Positions 47,114 through 56,786 of a stretch of 64,000 bases of DNA are shown here, one piece after another (position 1 is the first letter of the stretch; every line of letters starts with the position of its first letter). Under the pieces are notes generated by a model that was given only the letters and a program-made list of their open reading frames with translations, had not been told where the DNA came from and made no database searches. The translations under genes and the position numbers were made by a program. The stretch is taken from positions 96,001 through 160,000 of the forward strand of contig CAWCNY010000006.1 of assembly GCA_963797095.1 (NCBI GenBank), read 5' to 3'. Origin of the DNA: an uncultured Chloroflexia bacterium (GTDB taxonomy: Bacteria > Chloroflexota > Chloroflexia > QHBQ01 > JADMIH01).

Positions 47114-48388
47114 ATGTCAGGCGCTTTACAGTACAGGGGCGGCATTCTCTATATTGAAGATACCCCCGTTAGCGATCTTGCCCGGCGCTTTGGCACTCCG
47201 CTCTATGCTTATAGTAGTTTGGTGTTGCGCGAGCAGTATGTGAGTTTGGTTCGTGCCCTGGATGGCCTGGCTTCTCGCGTTACGATCTGCTACGCGCTCA
47301 AGGCGAACGCGAATCTTGCTATCGGAGGCCTTCTTGCGGGGTTGAACGCGGGGGCCGATGTGGTTTCGGGTGGGGAGCTTTACCTGGCACGTCGTATGGG
47401 CTTCCTGCCGGAAAAGATCGTGTTCGCGGGTGTTGGCAAGACCCGACGGGAGATGCAAGAGGCCCTGGCGGGGGGCATACGATCATTCCACATTGAATCG
47501 TCGGGAGAGCTTGCGGTGCTCGAAAAAGTAGCGGCGGACCTGGGGAAGGTTGCCCCGGTCGCCGTGCGTATCAACCCTGACGTGGATGCCCATACTCATC
47601 CCTTTATTACTACGGGAACCCATGCTAATAAGTTTGGGGTGCCTCTGTCCGAGGCGCTTAGCCTGGTGCGCTACGCCTCCGGTTCGCTGCATCTTCGCCC
47701 GGTTGGCCTACATGTTCATATAGGGTCGCAACTTCCGACTGTGCAGCCAGTTGCCGATGCCGTGCGGCGCGTGTTGCAGTTGTGGGATGTGCTTGCAGCC
47801 GAGGGTATTCGCCTCCACGACCTTGATATCGGGGGTGGCCTGGGCATTCCTTATCACCCTGAGGACAACCCCGAAAGCCCGGAGGAATTGGCTGCGTACC
47901 TCAACCCTCTTCTTAGAGGGCGCGATCTCAATTTGCTGGTTGAGCCTGGGCGTTTTATCGTTGGCCCGGCGGGGGCACTCCTCACCACCATCCTTTATAT
48001 GAAGGCGTCTCCCGCGAACCCTCCACGCACCACCGGCTCCCTGGGCCGCCACCCTCCAATCGCTATAGTGGACGCGGGCATGAACGATCTTTTGCGCCCT
48101 GCTCTTTACGGGGCGTGGCACCCAATCTTACCCATGCGTGAAGCCGACCTGGATTCGGGGCAACCTGTGGACGTAGCGGGCCCGGTTTGCGAATCGTCCG
48201 ATTTCTCTGGGAGAGAAAGGCTGCTGGGAACGCCGCGCCCCGGCGACATCCTGGCAATTGGGCAGGCAGGAGCATACGGATTCGCTATGTCTTCCCAGTA
48301 CAACGGTAGGCCGCGCCCCGCCGAGGTGCTTGTGGAAGGTGCCCAGGCGACGGTGATTCGCCAGCGCGAAAGCTATGAGGATCTATAG
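47114..48388 (+). CDS. lysA: Diaminopimelate decarboxylase
   Basis: YALKAN, DVVSGGE, HVHIGSQ, GGGLG, EPGR, GPVCES, YNGRPR. Confidence 0.95.
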   Translation: MSGALQYRGGILYIEDTPVSDLARRFGTPLYAYSSLVLREQYVSLVRALDGLASRVTICYALKANANLAIGGLLAGLNAGADVVSGGELYLARRMGFLPEKIVFAGVGKTRREMQEALAGGIRSFHIESSGELAVLEKVAADLGKVAPVAVRINPDVDAHTHPFITTGTHANKFGVPLSEALSLVRYASGSLHLRPVGLHVHIGSQLPTVQPVADAVRRVLQLWDVLAAEGIRLHDLDIGGGLGIPYHPEDNPESPEELAAYLNPLLRGRDLNLLVEPGRFIVGPAGALLTTILYMKASPANPPRTTGSLGRHPPIAIVDAGMNDLLRPALYGAWHPILPMREADLDSGQPVDVAGPVCESSDFSGRERLLGTPRPGDILAIGQAGAYGFAMSSQYNGRPRPAEVLVEGAQATVIRQRESYEDL

Positions 48389-48398
48389 AAGGGAAGTG

Positions 48399-48785
48399 TC
48401 AGGGGAGCCAGTATTCAAGCTGGATGTCGTCGGGATCGCGGAAGGCCACATAGTAGTTGCCCGTCGGCGCGAACTGCTCGACGCCCATTGTGGGGACACC
48501 CGCCGCGAGCAATTTGGCGGCCAGTTCTTCAAGAGCCTCCATACCTGGGGCGGTAAAAGAGAGATGGTCGAGGCCAATGCGGAACTCGCTGAAGCGGTCG
48601 CTGGGGATCGGGTGGCGGGAGGGATAGACGAAGAAATAGATGCCGCCTGTTGAAAAGAAGAAGCCCTTATTGGGGTCGTCTTGTACGGCGGTAACGTCGA
48701 AGCCAAGGAGGTCGCCGTAGAACTTCCTGGCGCGCTCGACACTGGAGACGGTCAGGATGATGTGGTTGAGACCAGGGGTGTTCAT
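48399..48785 (-). CDS. VOC/glyoxalase family protein
   Basis: LNHIILTV, GLDHLSF, FRDPDDIQLE. Confidence 0.9.
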   Translation of the reverse strand: MNTPGLNHIILTVSSVERARKFYGDLLGFDVTAVQDDPNKGFFFSTGGIYFFVYPSRHPIPSDRFSEFRIGLDHLSFTAPGMEALEELAAKLLAAGVPTMGVEQFAPTGNYYVAFRDPDDIQLEYWLP

Positions 48786-48816
48786 CGATTGTCCCTCCGG
48801 ATCCTGTTACGTGTCC

Positions 48817-49980
48817 TTATCGCCCCCAGGAGGGCAATTGCCCGTTCTTTACCAGGGGAGTCAGTTTGTGGTCTCCGGTCAGGCTGATCTGGGCGATTTC
48901 CAGCCCCGTCGCCATCCATTCCGGGCCGAGGGGTTTGCTCTGCATGGTGCCGGTTTCTACTACGAGTTTATCGCCGGACGGTGACCAGGCAGGGTTGTTG
49001 GTGAGGTTAGGGAGGGCCGCCAGGTCCAGCCCGCCCCGCGTTCTGACCGCGACATTAGGCTCACCCGAGATAGATCTGCTCCTGTAGACTAATAGATCGC
49101 TGTCGGCTCCCACCGATGCGGGCGACCAGAGAGGTCCCGGCCCCTGCCCATACTCGCCCACGCCCGTGCCAACCAGCTGCTTTTCATCGCGGAACGGCGT
49201 GGCTTCGTCTTCCAGCACTCCGTAGATCAGGACAGCCCCGTTCAAGGACTCAGTGTATAACAGTGTTCTACTATCGGGGGACCAATCAGGTTCGCCGCCT
49301 CCGATCTCGCGAATGTCGCCATCGTGCCCTTCTGCTAGAGGCCAACGCCTCAAATAGAATGGGTTATTGGGGCCGCTCGCTACTACCCATTTGCCGTCAG
49401 GCGACCACTTGACGCTGCGCTCATAGCTGGCTCCTACATCGCCCGCGCCTTCCACGAAATCGGCAAGCAAGGTCGGGTCACCACCCTCGACGGGTATTAC
49501 CCAGGCTTTCTCAGCGCCGACGGTGCTCAGGTCGTAGGTGATGAAGCCGAGCATTGTGCTGTCGTAGCTCCAGCCGATGTGCTGCCTCTCGGCCAGCGAG
49601 CCAGTGTATAAGTTCCTGGCCTCGCCACCGCTGATGGGCATCACATAGAGGTTATTCCCCCCGATCCAGGCTATGCTTTGGCCGTCGGGGGAGGGCTGGG
49701 GAGTGTCGGTGGCGGGCAGATCGCTCATCTGCCGCTCCCCGGAGCCATCTGGCTCTACCGTCCACAGGTGTCCGTCGCGCACGAAGTAAATGTGGCCGGG
49801 ACCTACCGCGACGGGCGTAAAACCGCGTATGGGGGTGGCTCTAATGGGGGTCGTGTACACGGCTTCTTCGGGGTTTTGCGATCCCGGGGAAGGCGTGGGT
49901 AATTCAGGTGGGGGTGCGGGCACGTCACAGCCCGCCAGCAGCACTAATAAGGCAGCAAATACCAACCAGGTACGGCGCAT
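48817..49980 (-). CDS. TolB-like beta-propeller lipoprotein
   Basis: Lipobox LAGC and repeated W/P-SPDG (PD40-like) motifs. Confidence 0.85.
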   Translation of the reverse strand: MRRTWLVFAALLVLLAGCDVPAPPPELPTPSPGSQNPEEAVYTTPIRATPIRGFTPVAVGPGHIYFVRDGHLWTVEPDGSGERQMSDLPATDTPQPSPDGQSIAWIGGNNLYVMPISGGEARNLYTGSLAERQHIGWSYDSTMLGFITYDLSTVGAEKAWVIPVEGGDPTLLADFVEGAGDVGASYERSVKWSPDGKWVVASGPNNPFYLRRWPLAEGHDGDIREIGGGEPDWSPDSRTLLYTESLNGAVLIYGVLEDEATPFRDEKQLVGTGVGEYGQGPGPLWSPASVGADSDLLVYRSRSISGEPNVAVRTRGGLDLAALPNLTNNPAWSPSGDKLVVETGTMQSKPLGPEWMATGLEIAQISLTGDHKLTPLVKNGQLPSWGR

Positions 49981-50053
49981 ACTCTACTATAGCAACTCTC
50001 TAGCCCAAGCAAAAGGGGATGTTTCATAAAATCAACGGCCGGGACGTCTGAAA

Positions 50054-51664
50054 TCAGCTTATCATTCCATTCGGGTCGAACACTGCTTCTCCATTCACCA
50101 TTGTCACAAGGGGCTTCATATGCTTGATATCTTTTGGGTCGATGGTGAAAATATCGCGGTCAAGCACCAGTAGATCGGCTACCGAGCCGGGGGTAAGCAT
50201 CCCGGTCACGCCGGGAAGGTAGGGACAGGAACGGGCCGCGCCTTCCGCGTAGGCGCGCACAGCCTCCTCGACCGTCAATCGCTCCTCTGGATACCAGCCT
50301 TCGGATGGCTCGTCGTTTGCGTCCTGGCGGGTGACTGCCGCATGTATGCCCAGAAATGGATCGGGCAACTCAACGGGTGCATCGGAGCCGAAGGCCAGTA
50401 AGCCCCCGGCGTTGAGCACGCTTCGCCAGGCGTAGCTGTAGCGAGCGCGGCTGCCCCACAGCCTGTCGGCGGCGCGCATGTCGGAGGTGGCGTGCAGGGG
50501 CTGCATAGAGGCCACCACGCCGAGGGCGGCGAAGCGCGGGATGTCGTCGGGGTGGAGGAGTTGGGCGTGCTCGATGCGGTTCTTGCCTGCTACCGCGCTG
50601 TAGTCTATGCCCATAGAGTCGCGTGCCTTCTGGAAGGCGTCGAGCACGCGCCTGTTGGCGGCATCGCCGATTGCGTGGATAGCGGAGGGTATGCCGGAGG
50701 AGGCGGCGCGCAGCACGGCCTCTTCCAGTTCTTCCTGCGGGATTGTGCCTATGCCTTTGTTATTGGGTTGGCCCTCGAACGGTTCCAACATTTGCGCGGT
50801 CGAGGAGCCTAGTGAGCCGTCGCTGAATATTTTGACCGGGCCGGTTCGCAGCCTGTCGGAGCCGAAGCCGGTTCGCAGGCCGACGCGGATGGACTCTTCA
50901 AGCGTGTAGTATGCGAGCAGGATTATCACCCTCAGGGGTAATTGGTCTGCCGCGTCCAACACCTGGAAGGCTGAGAAAGGGTCCGGCCCCTCGCAGTCGT
51001 GGAAGCCAACCAGCCCCATGCCAGCGAGCACCCCGAACCCGCGCTTCATGGCGGTGATGGCATCTTCGGGTGGTTCGTCGACCGCACCATGCACCAACCG
51101 GACCGCGCTTTCGTAGAGCATGCCGTCAGGCTCGCCATCGGTACCCCTGCCGATGACGGCTCCGGGGGGATCGGGCGTTTCTCTTGTGACACCTGCTCTT
51201 TCTAATGCTGCGGTGTTTACCCAGCAGCTATGCATATCCTTCCTGTCGAGCAGTACGGGGTTGGCGGGGGCGACGCGGTCGAGGTCGTGCCTGGTGGGGT
51301 AGTCGGGGGGCGACCAGAGGTTGTTGTTCCACCTGCCACCCAGCACCCATTTGCCGGGGCCAAGCTCTTTCGCTTTGGCCTCTACTTTGGCGAGCGCCTC
51401 TTCCTGTGAGGTCACGCCGTCCAGGTCGATTTTTGTGAGGCTGCGCGAGTAGTCGAGGAAGTGTATGTGGGCGTCGATCAGCCCTGGGATGATGGCTCGG
51501 TCGCCCGCGTCGATGCGCTGTACTTCGCCGGGTAGCCGGCGCAAGACTTCGGTGTTTCCTACAGCCAGGATGCGCCCGTGGCGTATCGCCACGGCGGTGG
51601 CGTGGGGCACCTCTATGTCCATTGTATATACACGCGCGTTCTCGATAATCAGCGTGCGTGGCAT
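50054..51664 (-). CDS. Amidohydrolase 3 family (YtcJ-like)
   Basis: PGLIDAHIH, KIFSDGSLG, IHAIGD, RIEHAQ, FGSDAP. Confidence 0.93.
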   Translation of the reverse strand: MPRTLIIENARVYTMDIEVPHATAVAIRHGRILAVGNTEVLRRLPGEVQRIDAGDRAIIPGLIDAHIHFLDYSRSLTKIDLDGVTSQEEALAKVEAKAKELGPGKWVLGGRWNNNLWSPPDYPTRHDLDRVAPANPVLLDRKDMHSCWVNTAALERAGVTRETPDPPGAVIGRGTDGEPDGMLYESAVRLVHGAVDEPPEDAITAMKRGFGVLAGMGLVGFHDCEGPDPFSAFQVLDAADQLPLRVIILLAYYTLEESIRVGLRTGFGSDRLRTGPVKIFSDGSLGSSTAQMLEPFEGQPNNKGIGTIPQEELEEAVLRAASSGIPSAIHAIGDAANRRVLDAFQKARDSMGIDYSAVAGKNRIEHAQLLHPDDIPRFAALGVVASMQPLHATSDMRAADRLWGSRARYSYAWRSVLNAGGLLAFGSDAPVELPDPFLGIHAAVTRQDANDEPSEGWYPEERLTVEEAVRAYAEGAARSCPYLPGVTGMLTPGSVADLLVLDRDIFTIDPKDIKHMKPLVTMVNGEAVFDPNGMIS

Positions 51665-51781
51665 ACCGGCTCCTTGTTTTTACCACGAAGAAACGAAGAA
51701 GGGCGAAGGACGCGAAGAGTATTAAGAAGGGTATTAATTAGAGGTTCTTCGTGGACCTGGTTGTTCTACGCGTGACAAAAG

Positions 51782-52180
51782 TTATTCTTCTTCCAGTTGT
51801 TCGGCAATGGAGATCCCGGCCTCGGCGCAGGCTAGCCTGAGAAGGCCGAGGGAGAGGGTGGCGCATTTCATGCGGGCGTAGCTTACTTCTACGCCGAGCA
51901 TTTCGAGTATGTCGTCGCGGGTGGTGGAGGCAAGGTCTGTCAGCTTTGCGCCTTCCATCCTCTCGGTGAGCATGGAGGCGGCGGCCTGGCTGATGGCACA
52001 GCCGCGGCCCGTGAAGCGCACATCCTCGACGGTGCCGTCTTTTACTCGCAGGTCCATCGCGAGCCTATCGCCGCACAAGGGGTTGTTGGCCTCGACGTGG
52101 ATGTCGGGGTTTTCGAGCTTGCCGAAATTGCGTGGGTGCTTGTAGTGATCTAATATGTCTTCTGCGTATAACGAGTCCAT
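51782..52180 (-). CDS. sufU: SufU/IscU-type Fe-S assembly protein
   Basis: ILDHYKHPRN, NPLCGD, GCAISQA, RMKCA. Confidence 0.92.
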   Translation of the reverse strand: MDSLYAEDILDHYKHPRNFGKLENPDIHVEANNPLCGDRLAMDLRVKDGTVEDVRFTGRGCAISQAAASMLTERMEGAKLTDLASTTRDDILEMLGVEVSYARMKCATLSLGLLRLACAEAGISIAEQLEEE

Positions 52181-52302
52181 AATTGTTTCCTAACTACCTT
52201 GTTCTAGAGCTTTGCCAGTGAGGATCCATCACACATATCTTTGTTGGTAACCTATATCCGGATGAGAATCGCTACAGGATCGGCTTTCATGACACATCTT
52301 CT

Positions 52303-53145
52303 TCAGTACGGCACTGGCAAGATCAATCCTTGTGTTTGACGCTGCTTTCGTATGAGAATAGCGCCCATCCAGGCCCAATTTGCGCCAAACAACACCAGCA
52401 ATATTGTAAACACATTCTGCTCAAAGAGGAAGTATTCAAGGTCAGGTCCGATCAGACCACTATCGAGCAGCAACTTGGGAATATGAAAAACCACGGCACT
52501 AAGCGTCATTGCCATGCCCAACCATACAGGGATCATCTTGGTTTTTGTCAGCGCGACGTAAAGAATCACCAGTCCCACAGAAACAATAACAAGCCCAAGA
52601 CTCGCGTGTGAGAACCACCCAAGCTGAGCAAAATAAGGACCATCTACGCCCAGGATGTTGAGTATCCCCCCGAATTGGGAGTTCTGGGAGTTGTCCTGGA
52701 ATATCTGAACCAGGGTCCCAGCATCGAGCACATATACATCGGCCGTGCCAAGTGCAGATAGCAACAGCCCTACGCATACAGTGATAAGCCCAAAACGTGC
52801 GCTCCTGGGCAATGCGGGTACAGGTACGAGGAGCAGGCTAAGGGTGCTATGCAGAAATAGTAATAGTGAAATAGTGCACAACGGGATAGGGAATGGAGAG
52901 AGGTCTAAACGAAGCAGATATGCCCTTATATCATCCGCGATTGAGAAATCTGATCCCAAGAACAGAAATAGCACCCACAGAGCACTTCCAAGCAAGCCAG
53001 CTAACCAACCCCATTCCAACACATCTCGCCCAAACCGAACCGTCATGCTCCGAATCGCTGGCAAGTCGAGCCACCGATCCGACCACTCGTGTTGTGCAAC
53101 CGCCGATTGCCTTGCCGCTATTCCCTTGATGCTTCTACGTGCCAT
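52303..53145 (-). CDS. Hypothetical multi-pass membrane protein (visibly lower GC)
   Basis: About six hydrophobic segments. Starts 15 nt after the GNAT stop. Confidence 0.6.
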   Translation of the reverse strand: MARRSIKGIAARQSAVAQHEWSDRWLDLPAIRSMTVRFGRDVLEWGWLAGLLGSALWVLFLFLGSDFSIADDIRAYLLRLDLSPFPIPLCTISLLLFLHSTLSLLLVPVPALPRSARFGLITVCVGLLLSALGTADVYVLDAGTLVQIFQDNSQNSQFGGILNILGVDGPYFAQLGWFSHASLGLVIVSVGLVILYVALTKTKMIPVWLGMAMTLSAVVFHIPKLLLDSGLIGPDLEYFLFEQNVFTILLVLFGANWAWMGAILIRKQRQTQGLILPVPY

Positions 53146-53160
53146 GATCTAGCTCGCTGT

Positions 53161-53706
53161 CTACAAACGTGCTTGGAATTCCTCCAATTTCATCCCGTAG
53201 ACTAACATATCCCAATGCTTGCCTTTAGTATAGATCATGTGCCGAAGCCGCCCTTCCGGCCGGAAACCCATGCGCTCGTGCAGAGCTATGGATGCGTCGT
53301 TGAAGCTGTAGACCTCGGCGTTCACTTTGTGGTAGCCTAACTCCTCGAAAAAGTAGCGTAGCACCAGTTTGATTGCTTCCGATGCATAGCCTTTGCGTTG
53401 GTGCTCTTGCATTATAGCGAAGCCGTACTTGAAGTTGCCGTTGTGGCGGTCGCAGTGGTGTGTACGGAAGGTGCCCACAATCGTGCCGTCCAGGGTTTCT
53501 ATCACCCAGATGTAGTCGTCTTCGTGAGGAGGGCGCACCGAGGCTTCCTGCGCCCATCGGGCGACGCTCTCCCTGGATTGGGGGAACGGAATCTCGTAGA
53601 GATGGCGTGCCATCTCGGTGTCGAGGTTCCACTCGAAGAAGGCGTGGGCGTCCGAGGGTTCCAATGCTCTGAGGCGCACCCGCGCGCTTTGCCAGAAGTT
53701 GCTCAT
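53161..53706 (-). CDS. RimJ/RimL-type GNAT acetyltransferase
   Basis: VRLRALEP, HQRKGYASEA, FNDASIALHERMGF..EGRLR. Confidence 0.9.
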   Translation of the reverse strand: MSNFWQSARVRLRALEPSDAHAFFEWNLDTEMARHLYEIPFPQSRESVARWAQEASVRPPHEDDYIWVIETLDGTIVGTFRTHHCDRHNGNFKYGFAIMQEHQRKGYASEAIKLVLRYFFEELGYHKVNAEVYSFNDASIALHERMGFRPEGRLRHMIYTKGKHWDMLVYGMKLEEFQARL

Positions 53707-53882
53707 TTCTCTCTGATCAGCACTATTATTCTGTAGATGAGAAAGGCGACGAAGAAGAGGAAGAGGCCGACGCGTATCGGGTTCCATTCGTACTGTAGCA
53801 GGCCTTCGCCCACGAGGAAGATGCCCACTATCGGCAGGAGCAATAAGAGATATTTGCGATACCTTGCCTGGGCTTCTTCCAT
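53703..53882 (-). CDS. Small two-TM membrane protein (59 aa)
   Basis: MEEAQARYRKYLLLLLPIVGIFLVG...VGLFLFFVAFLIYRIIVLIREK. TGATG overlap with sufS and ATGA overlap with the GNAT gene. Confidence 0.7.
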   Translation of the reverse strand: MEEAQARYRKYLLLLLPIVGIFLVGEGLLQYEWNPIRVGLFLFFVAFLIYRIIVLIREK

Positions 53883-55126
53883 CAGGCGAATACCTTCTGA
53901 ACTTTGGCTACGGCTCCAACTAGAGCGTCGATATCTTCGAAGCGAGTATACACATAGAAAGAGGCTCGTGCCAGCGCGGGCACGCCAAGATGGTGCATTA
54001 GGGGTTGGCAGCAGTGGTGCCCTGCGCGGACGCAAATGCCCTCCGAGTCCATGATGGTGGCGATGTCGTGGGGGTGCGCGCCCGCGATATCGAAGGCCAC
54101 TACTCCGCCCTTGTACGCGGCGTCGGGTCCATAGATCGTTACGCCCGGCAATCCGCTCATCCTGTCGAGCGCATAGGCAGTTAGTTCTTGTTCTCGGTTG
54201 TGAATGTTCTCTATGCCTATGGCGCTGATGTAGTCAATTGCCGCTCCCAAGCCGATGGCTTCGGCGATGGCGGGTGTGCCTGCCTCGAACTTCCAAGGGA
54301 GCTCGTTGGGGGTGAACCCATCGAGGGTTACGGTTGAGATCATGTCGCCGCCGCCCAGGAAGGGGGGCATGCCTTTCAGGAGGTCTTTTTTGCCGTAGAG
54401 GATGCCGATGCCTGTTGGGCCGCACATCTTGTGGCCTGAGAAGGCGAGGAAATCGACATCGAACGCTGTGACGTTTACAGGAAGGTGGGGCACGCTTTGA
54501 GCCGCATCGAGCATGATGAGTGCGCCTGCCGCATGGGCTTCTTTGATGATATCTTCTACCGGGTTGATAGTGCCGAGGACGTTGCTCATGTGGGTTATGC
54601 TTACCAGTTTTACGCCTTTGAGCATCTGGTGGAGGTTGTCAAGCGCGAGCGTGCCGCTCGGTGTTACATCGAGGTAGCGTATGGTGATGCCTCGTTCTTT
54701 GGCGAGGATGTGCCAGGGCACCAGATTGGAATGGTGCTCCATTTTGCTCAGGAGCACAACATCTCTCTCCTGGAGGTTGGCGCGTCCCCAGGAATAGGCT
54801 ACGAGATTGAGCGCCTCGGTGGCGTTGCGGGTGTAGATTATCTCGCGGCTCGATTTGGCCCCGATGAAGCGGGCTATCTTGCCCCTGGCTTCTTCGTACC
54901 GGCGGGTGGCCGTCTCGCTGATCTCGTACACGCCGCGATGGATGTTGGCGTTGCATGTCTTGTAATAGTCGTCCATGGTGTCTAGCACCGCCTGGGGCTT
55001 TTGCGAGGTGGCGGCGCTGTCCAGGTAGACGAGCGGTTTTCCGTGCACGGTGCGCTTAAGGATCGGGAAATCGGCGCGGATGCGCTCCCAGTCGACGCCT
55101 GTTGTGCTCTTGGCTGTTGTTTCCAT
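53882..55126 (-). CDS. sufS: Cysteine desulfurase, group II
   Basis: YLDSAATSQKP, EHHSN, SGHKM (PLP Lys), VRAGHHC. Confidence 0.96.
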   Translation of the reverse strand: METTAKSTTGVDWERIRADFPILKRTVHGKPLVYLDSAATSQKPQAVLDTMDDYYKTCNANIHRGVYEISETATRRYEEARGKIARFIGAKSSREIIYTRNATEALNLVAYSWGRANLQERDVVLLSKMEHHSNLVPWHILAKERGITIRYLDVTPSGTLALDNLHQMLKGVKLVSITHMSNVLGTINPVEDIIKEAHAAGALIMLDAAQSVPHLPVNVTAFDVDFLAFSGHKMCGPTGIGILYGKKDLLKGMPPFLGGGDMISTVTLDGFTPNELPWKFEAGTPAIAEAIGLGAAIDYISAIGIENIHNREQELTAYALDRMSGLPGVTIYGPDAAYKGGVVAFDIAGAHPHDIATIMDSEGICVRAGHHCCQPLMHHLGVPALARASFYVYTRFEDIDALVGAVAKVQKVFA

Positions 55127-55249
55127 GTTCGAGATCATCTTATGACCAACCTTTCAAGCCTGCTCGTTCGGGGGTGTGATCCTGGGCCACCACTCTCTGA
55201 CCAGTTGCAAGTCTTCTCCATCCAGGAGGGAAAGTAAATAGTAAAGAGA

Positions 55250-55317
55250 GAGTTGGGGGGACACCCCAGCCGCCCAGAGGGCACCCGCCCGGCAGGCAGT
55301 TCCGCCTGCACCCCCCT
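55250..55317. repeat. REP-like family B copy inside the suf operon
   Basis: GAGTTGGGGGGACACCCC...CCCGGCAGGCAGTTCCGCCTGCACCCC. Confidence 0.7.
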
Positions 55318-55406
55318 TTTGGTAGGCGAGAAAGGAGAAGGGGCATGGCAACGCCACACCCCTGCTGGTTACTAACTCCGAACTCGGCATTCCGCCCTCC
55401 GTATTC

Positions 55407-56786
55407 TTATAGACCGGGTCGCTGTGCTTCCTTCCCGACGCGAGGTAGCTCGACTTTGTGCTGGATGATCTCGCGCAGGCGCTGACGCACCAACTCCAGG
55501 GGCATCTCCGCGATCACAGGCTCGAAGAAGCCGCCAACGATCAGTTTTTCGGCTTCGATCTCCGGTATGCCTCGGCTGCGGAGGTAGAACATTTGCTCCT
55601 CCTGCACCGTGCCGACCGTCGCGCCGTGCGAGCACCTTACGTCGTCGGCCAGGATCTCCAGGCCGGGGATGGAGTTGGCTTTGGCCCCTTCGCTCAGGAA
55701 GAGGGTGTTCATGGTGAGGTAGGAGTCGGTCTTTTGAGCGCCGTGGTCCACCTTGATGATGCCCTCGAAGCCCAGCCTTGATTGGTCCCTGACGGCACCT
55801 TTGAAGAGGATGTCGCCGTAGGTGTTTTGTGCTACATGGTGGGTGTTGGAGGTGTTGTCGTAGTGCTGGTCGCCGTCGGTGAAGCAGATACCGCGTGTGA
55901 GGGTTCGCGCGCCGGTGCCCAGTAGCTGGGTTTCGGCGTGAGCTTTGATCAGTTTCGCGCCGACCTCGCCTATAACCCAGTGCATGAGGCCGCCCTTGTC
56001 CACCTGGGCGTAGCGAGTGGCGAAGGAGTAGACGTTGCGGCCCCACTCCTGCATTGATGTGAACTCGACCTTGGCGTCCTCGCCTACAGAGACCTCGACC
56101 ACGCCTGAGTGGAGGGCCTGGCCCTGTGTGTAGCTCGAATGGAACTCTTCGACATAGCGCACATCAGCGCCCTTTTCGGTCACAATGAGAGTGTGGCCCA
56201 GGGCGGGGGCGCCGAGGGTGTCGAGACGGTAAACTACGTGCACAGGCAATTCTACTTTGACACCCTCCGGTATGTAGAGGAAGACCCCTCCGCTCCAGAG
56301 TGCACTATGCAATGCTGCGAACTTATCTTTATTAGGGGCGACCAGCTTGTGTAAAAAATTCTCTACTATAGAGGAATGATCTCTCACCGCCTCTTCGAGC
56401 GAGCAGAAGATCACGCCCTGCGCCTTCACATCGTCGGGCACATGCAGGTATGCGGTCTCCGAGTTGATTTGTACAAGCAAGCTACCGGCTTCATCGCTTT
56501 CGCCGCCGAGCGCCATGCCCTCTTCCGATTCCTGCCCGCTTGTCTCTGCGCCGACATAGGCTTTGAGGGTGTTGAGGTCAAGCTCGCTTACGTCGGTGGT
56601 CCACCATTGGGCGATGCCTTTGGTCCACCTCGGTAACGGCAGAGTCTCGAATGCGTTCCAGCCTTCCAGTCTCTGCTCGCGCAACCATTCAGGCTCGTTC
56701 AGTCGATCCGACAGAGCTAAGACCGCTTCTTTTGTAAGCCCGCCTTCGTTCAGAGCGCGTGTTTCGACAGCGCTAGGCGTTCCCAT
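55407..56786 (-). CDS. sufD: Fe-S cluster assembly protein SufD
   Basis: KFAALH.ALW..G.FLY.P, IPGLEILADDVRCSHGAT, FYLRSRG, GGFF. Lacks SufB hallmarks such as QFERTL and YVEGC. Confidence 0.88.
   Translation of the reverse strand: MGTPSAVETRALNEGGLTKEAVLALSDRLNEPEWLREQRLEGWNAFETLPLPRWTKGIAQWWTTDVSELDLNTLKAYVGAETSGQESEEGMALGGESDEAGSLLVQINSETAYLHVPDDVKAQGVIFCSLEEAVRDHSSIVENFLHKLVAPNKDKFAALHSALWSGGVFLYIPEGVKVELPVHVVYRLDTLGAPALGHTLIVTEKGADVRYVEEFHSSYTQGQALHSGVVEVSVGEDAKVEFTSMQEWGRNVYSFATRYAQVDKGGLMHWVIGEVGAKLIKAHAETQLLGTGARTLTRGICFTDGDQHYDNTSNTHHVAQNTYGDILFKGAVRDQSRLGFEGIIKVDHGAQKTDSYLTMNTLFLSEGAKANSIPGLEILADDVRCSHGATVGTVQEEQMFYLRSRGIPEIEAEKLIVGGFFEPVIAEMPLELVRQRLREIIQHKVELPRVGKEAQRPGL

Noticed and set aside
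46090-47145. 351-aa minus-strand ORF (likewise 19795-20454)
   Set aside because: Antisense to real genes, with N-termini made of translated heptamer repeats (TRHSSLV).
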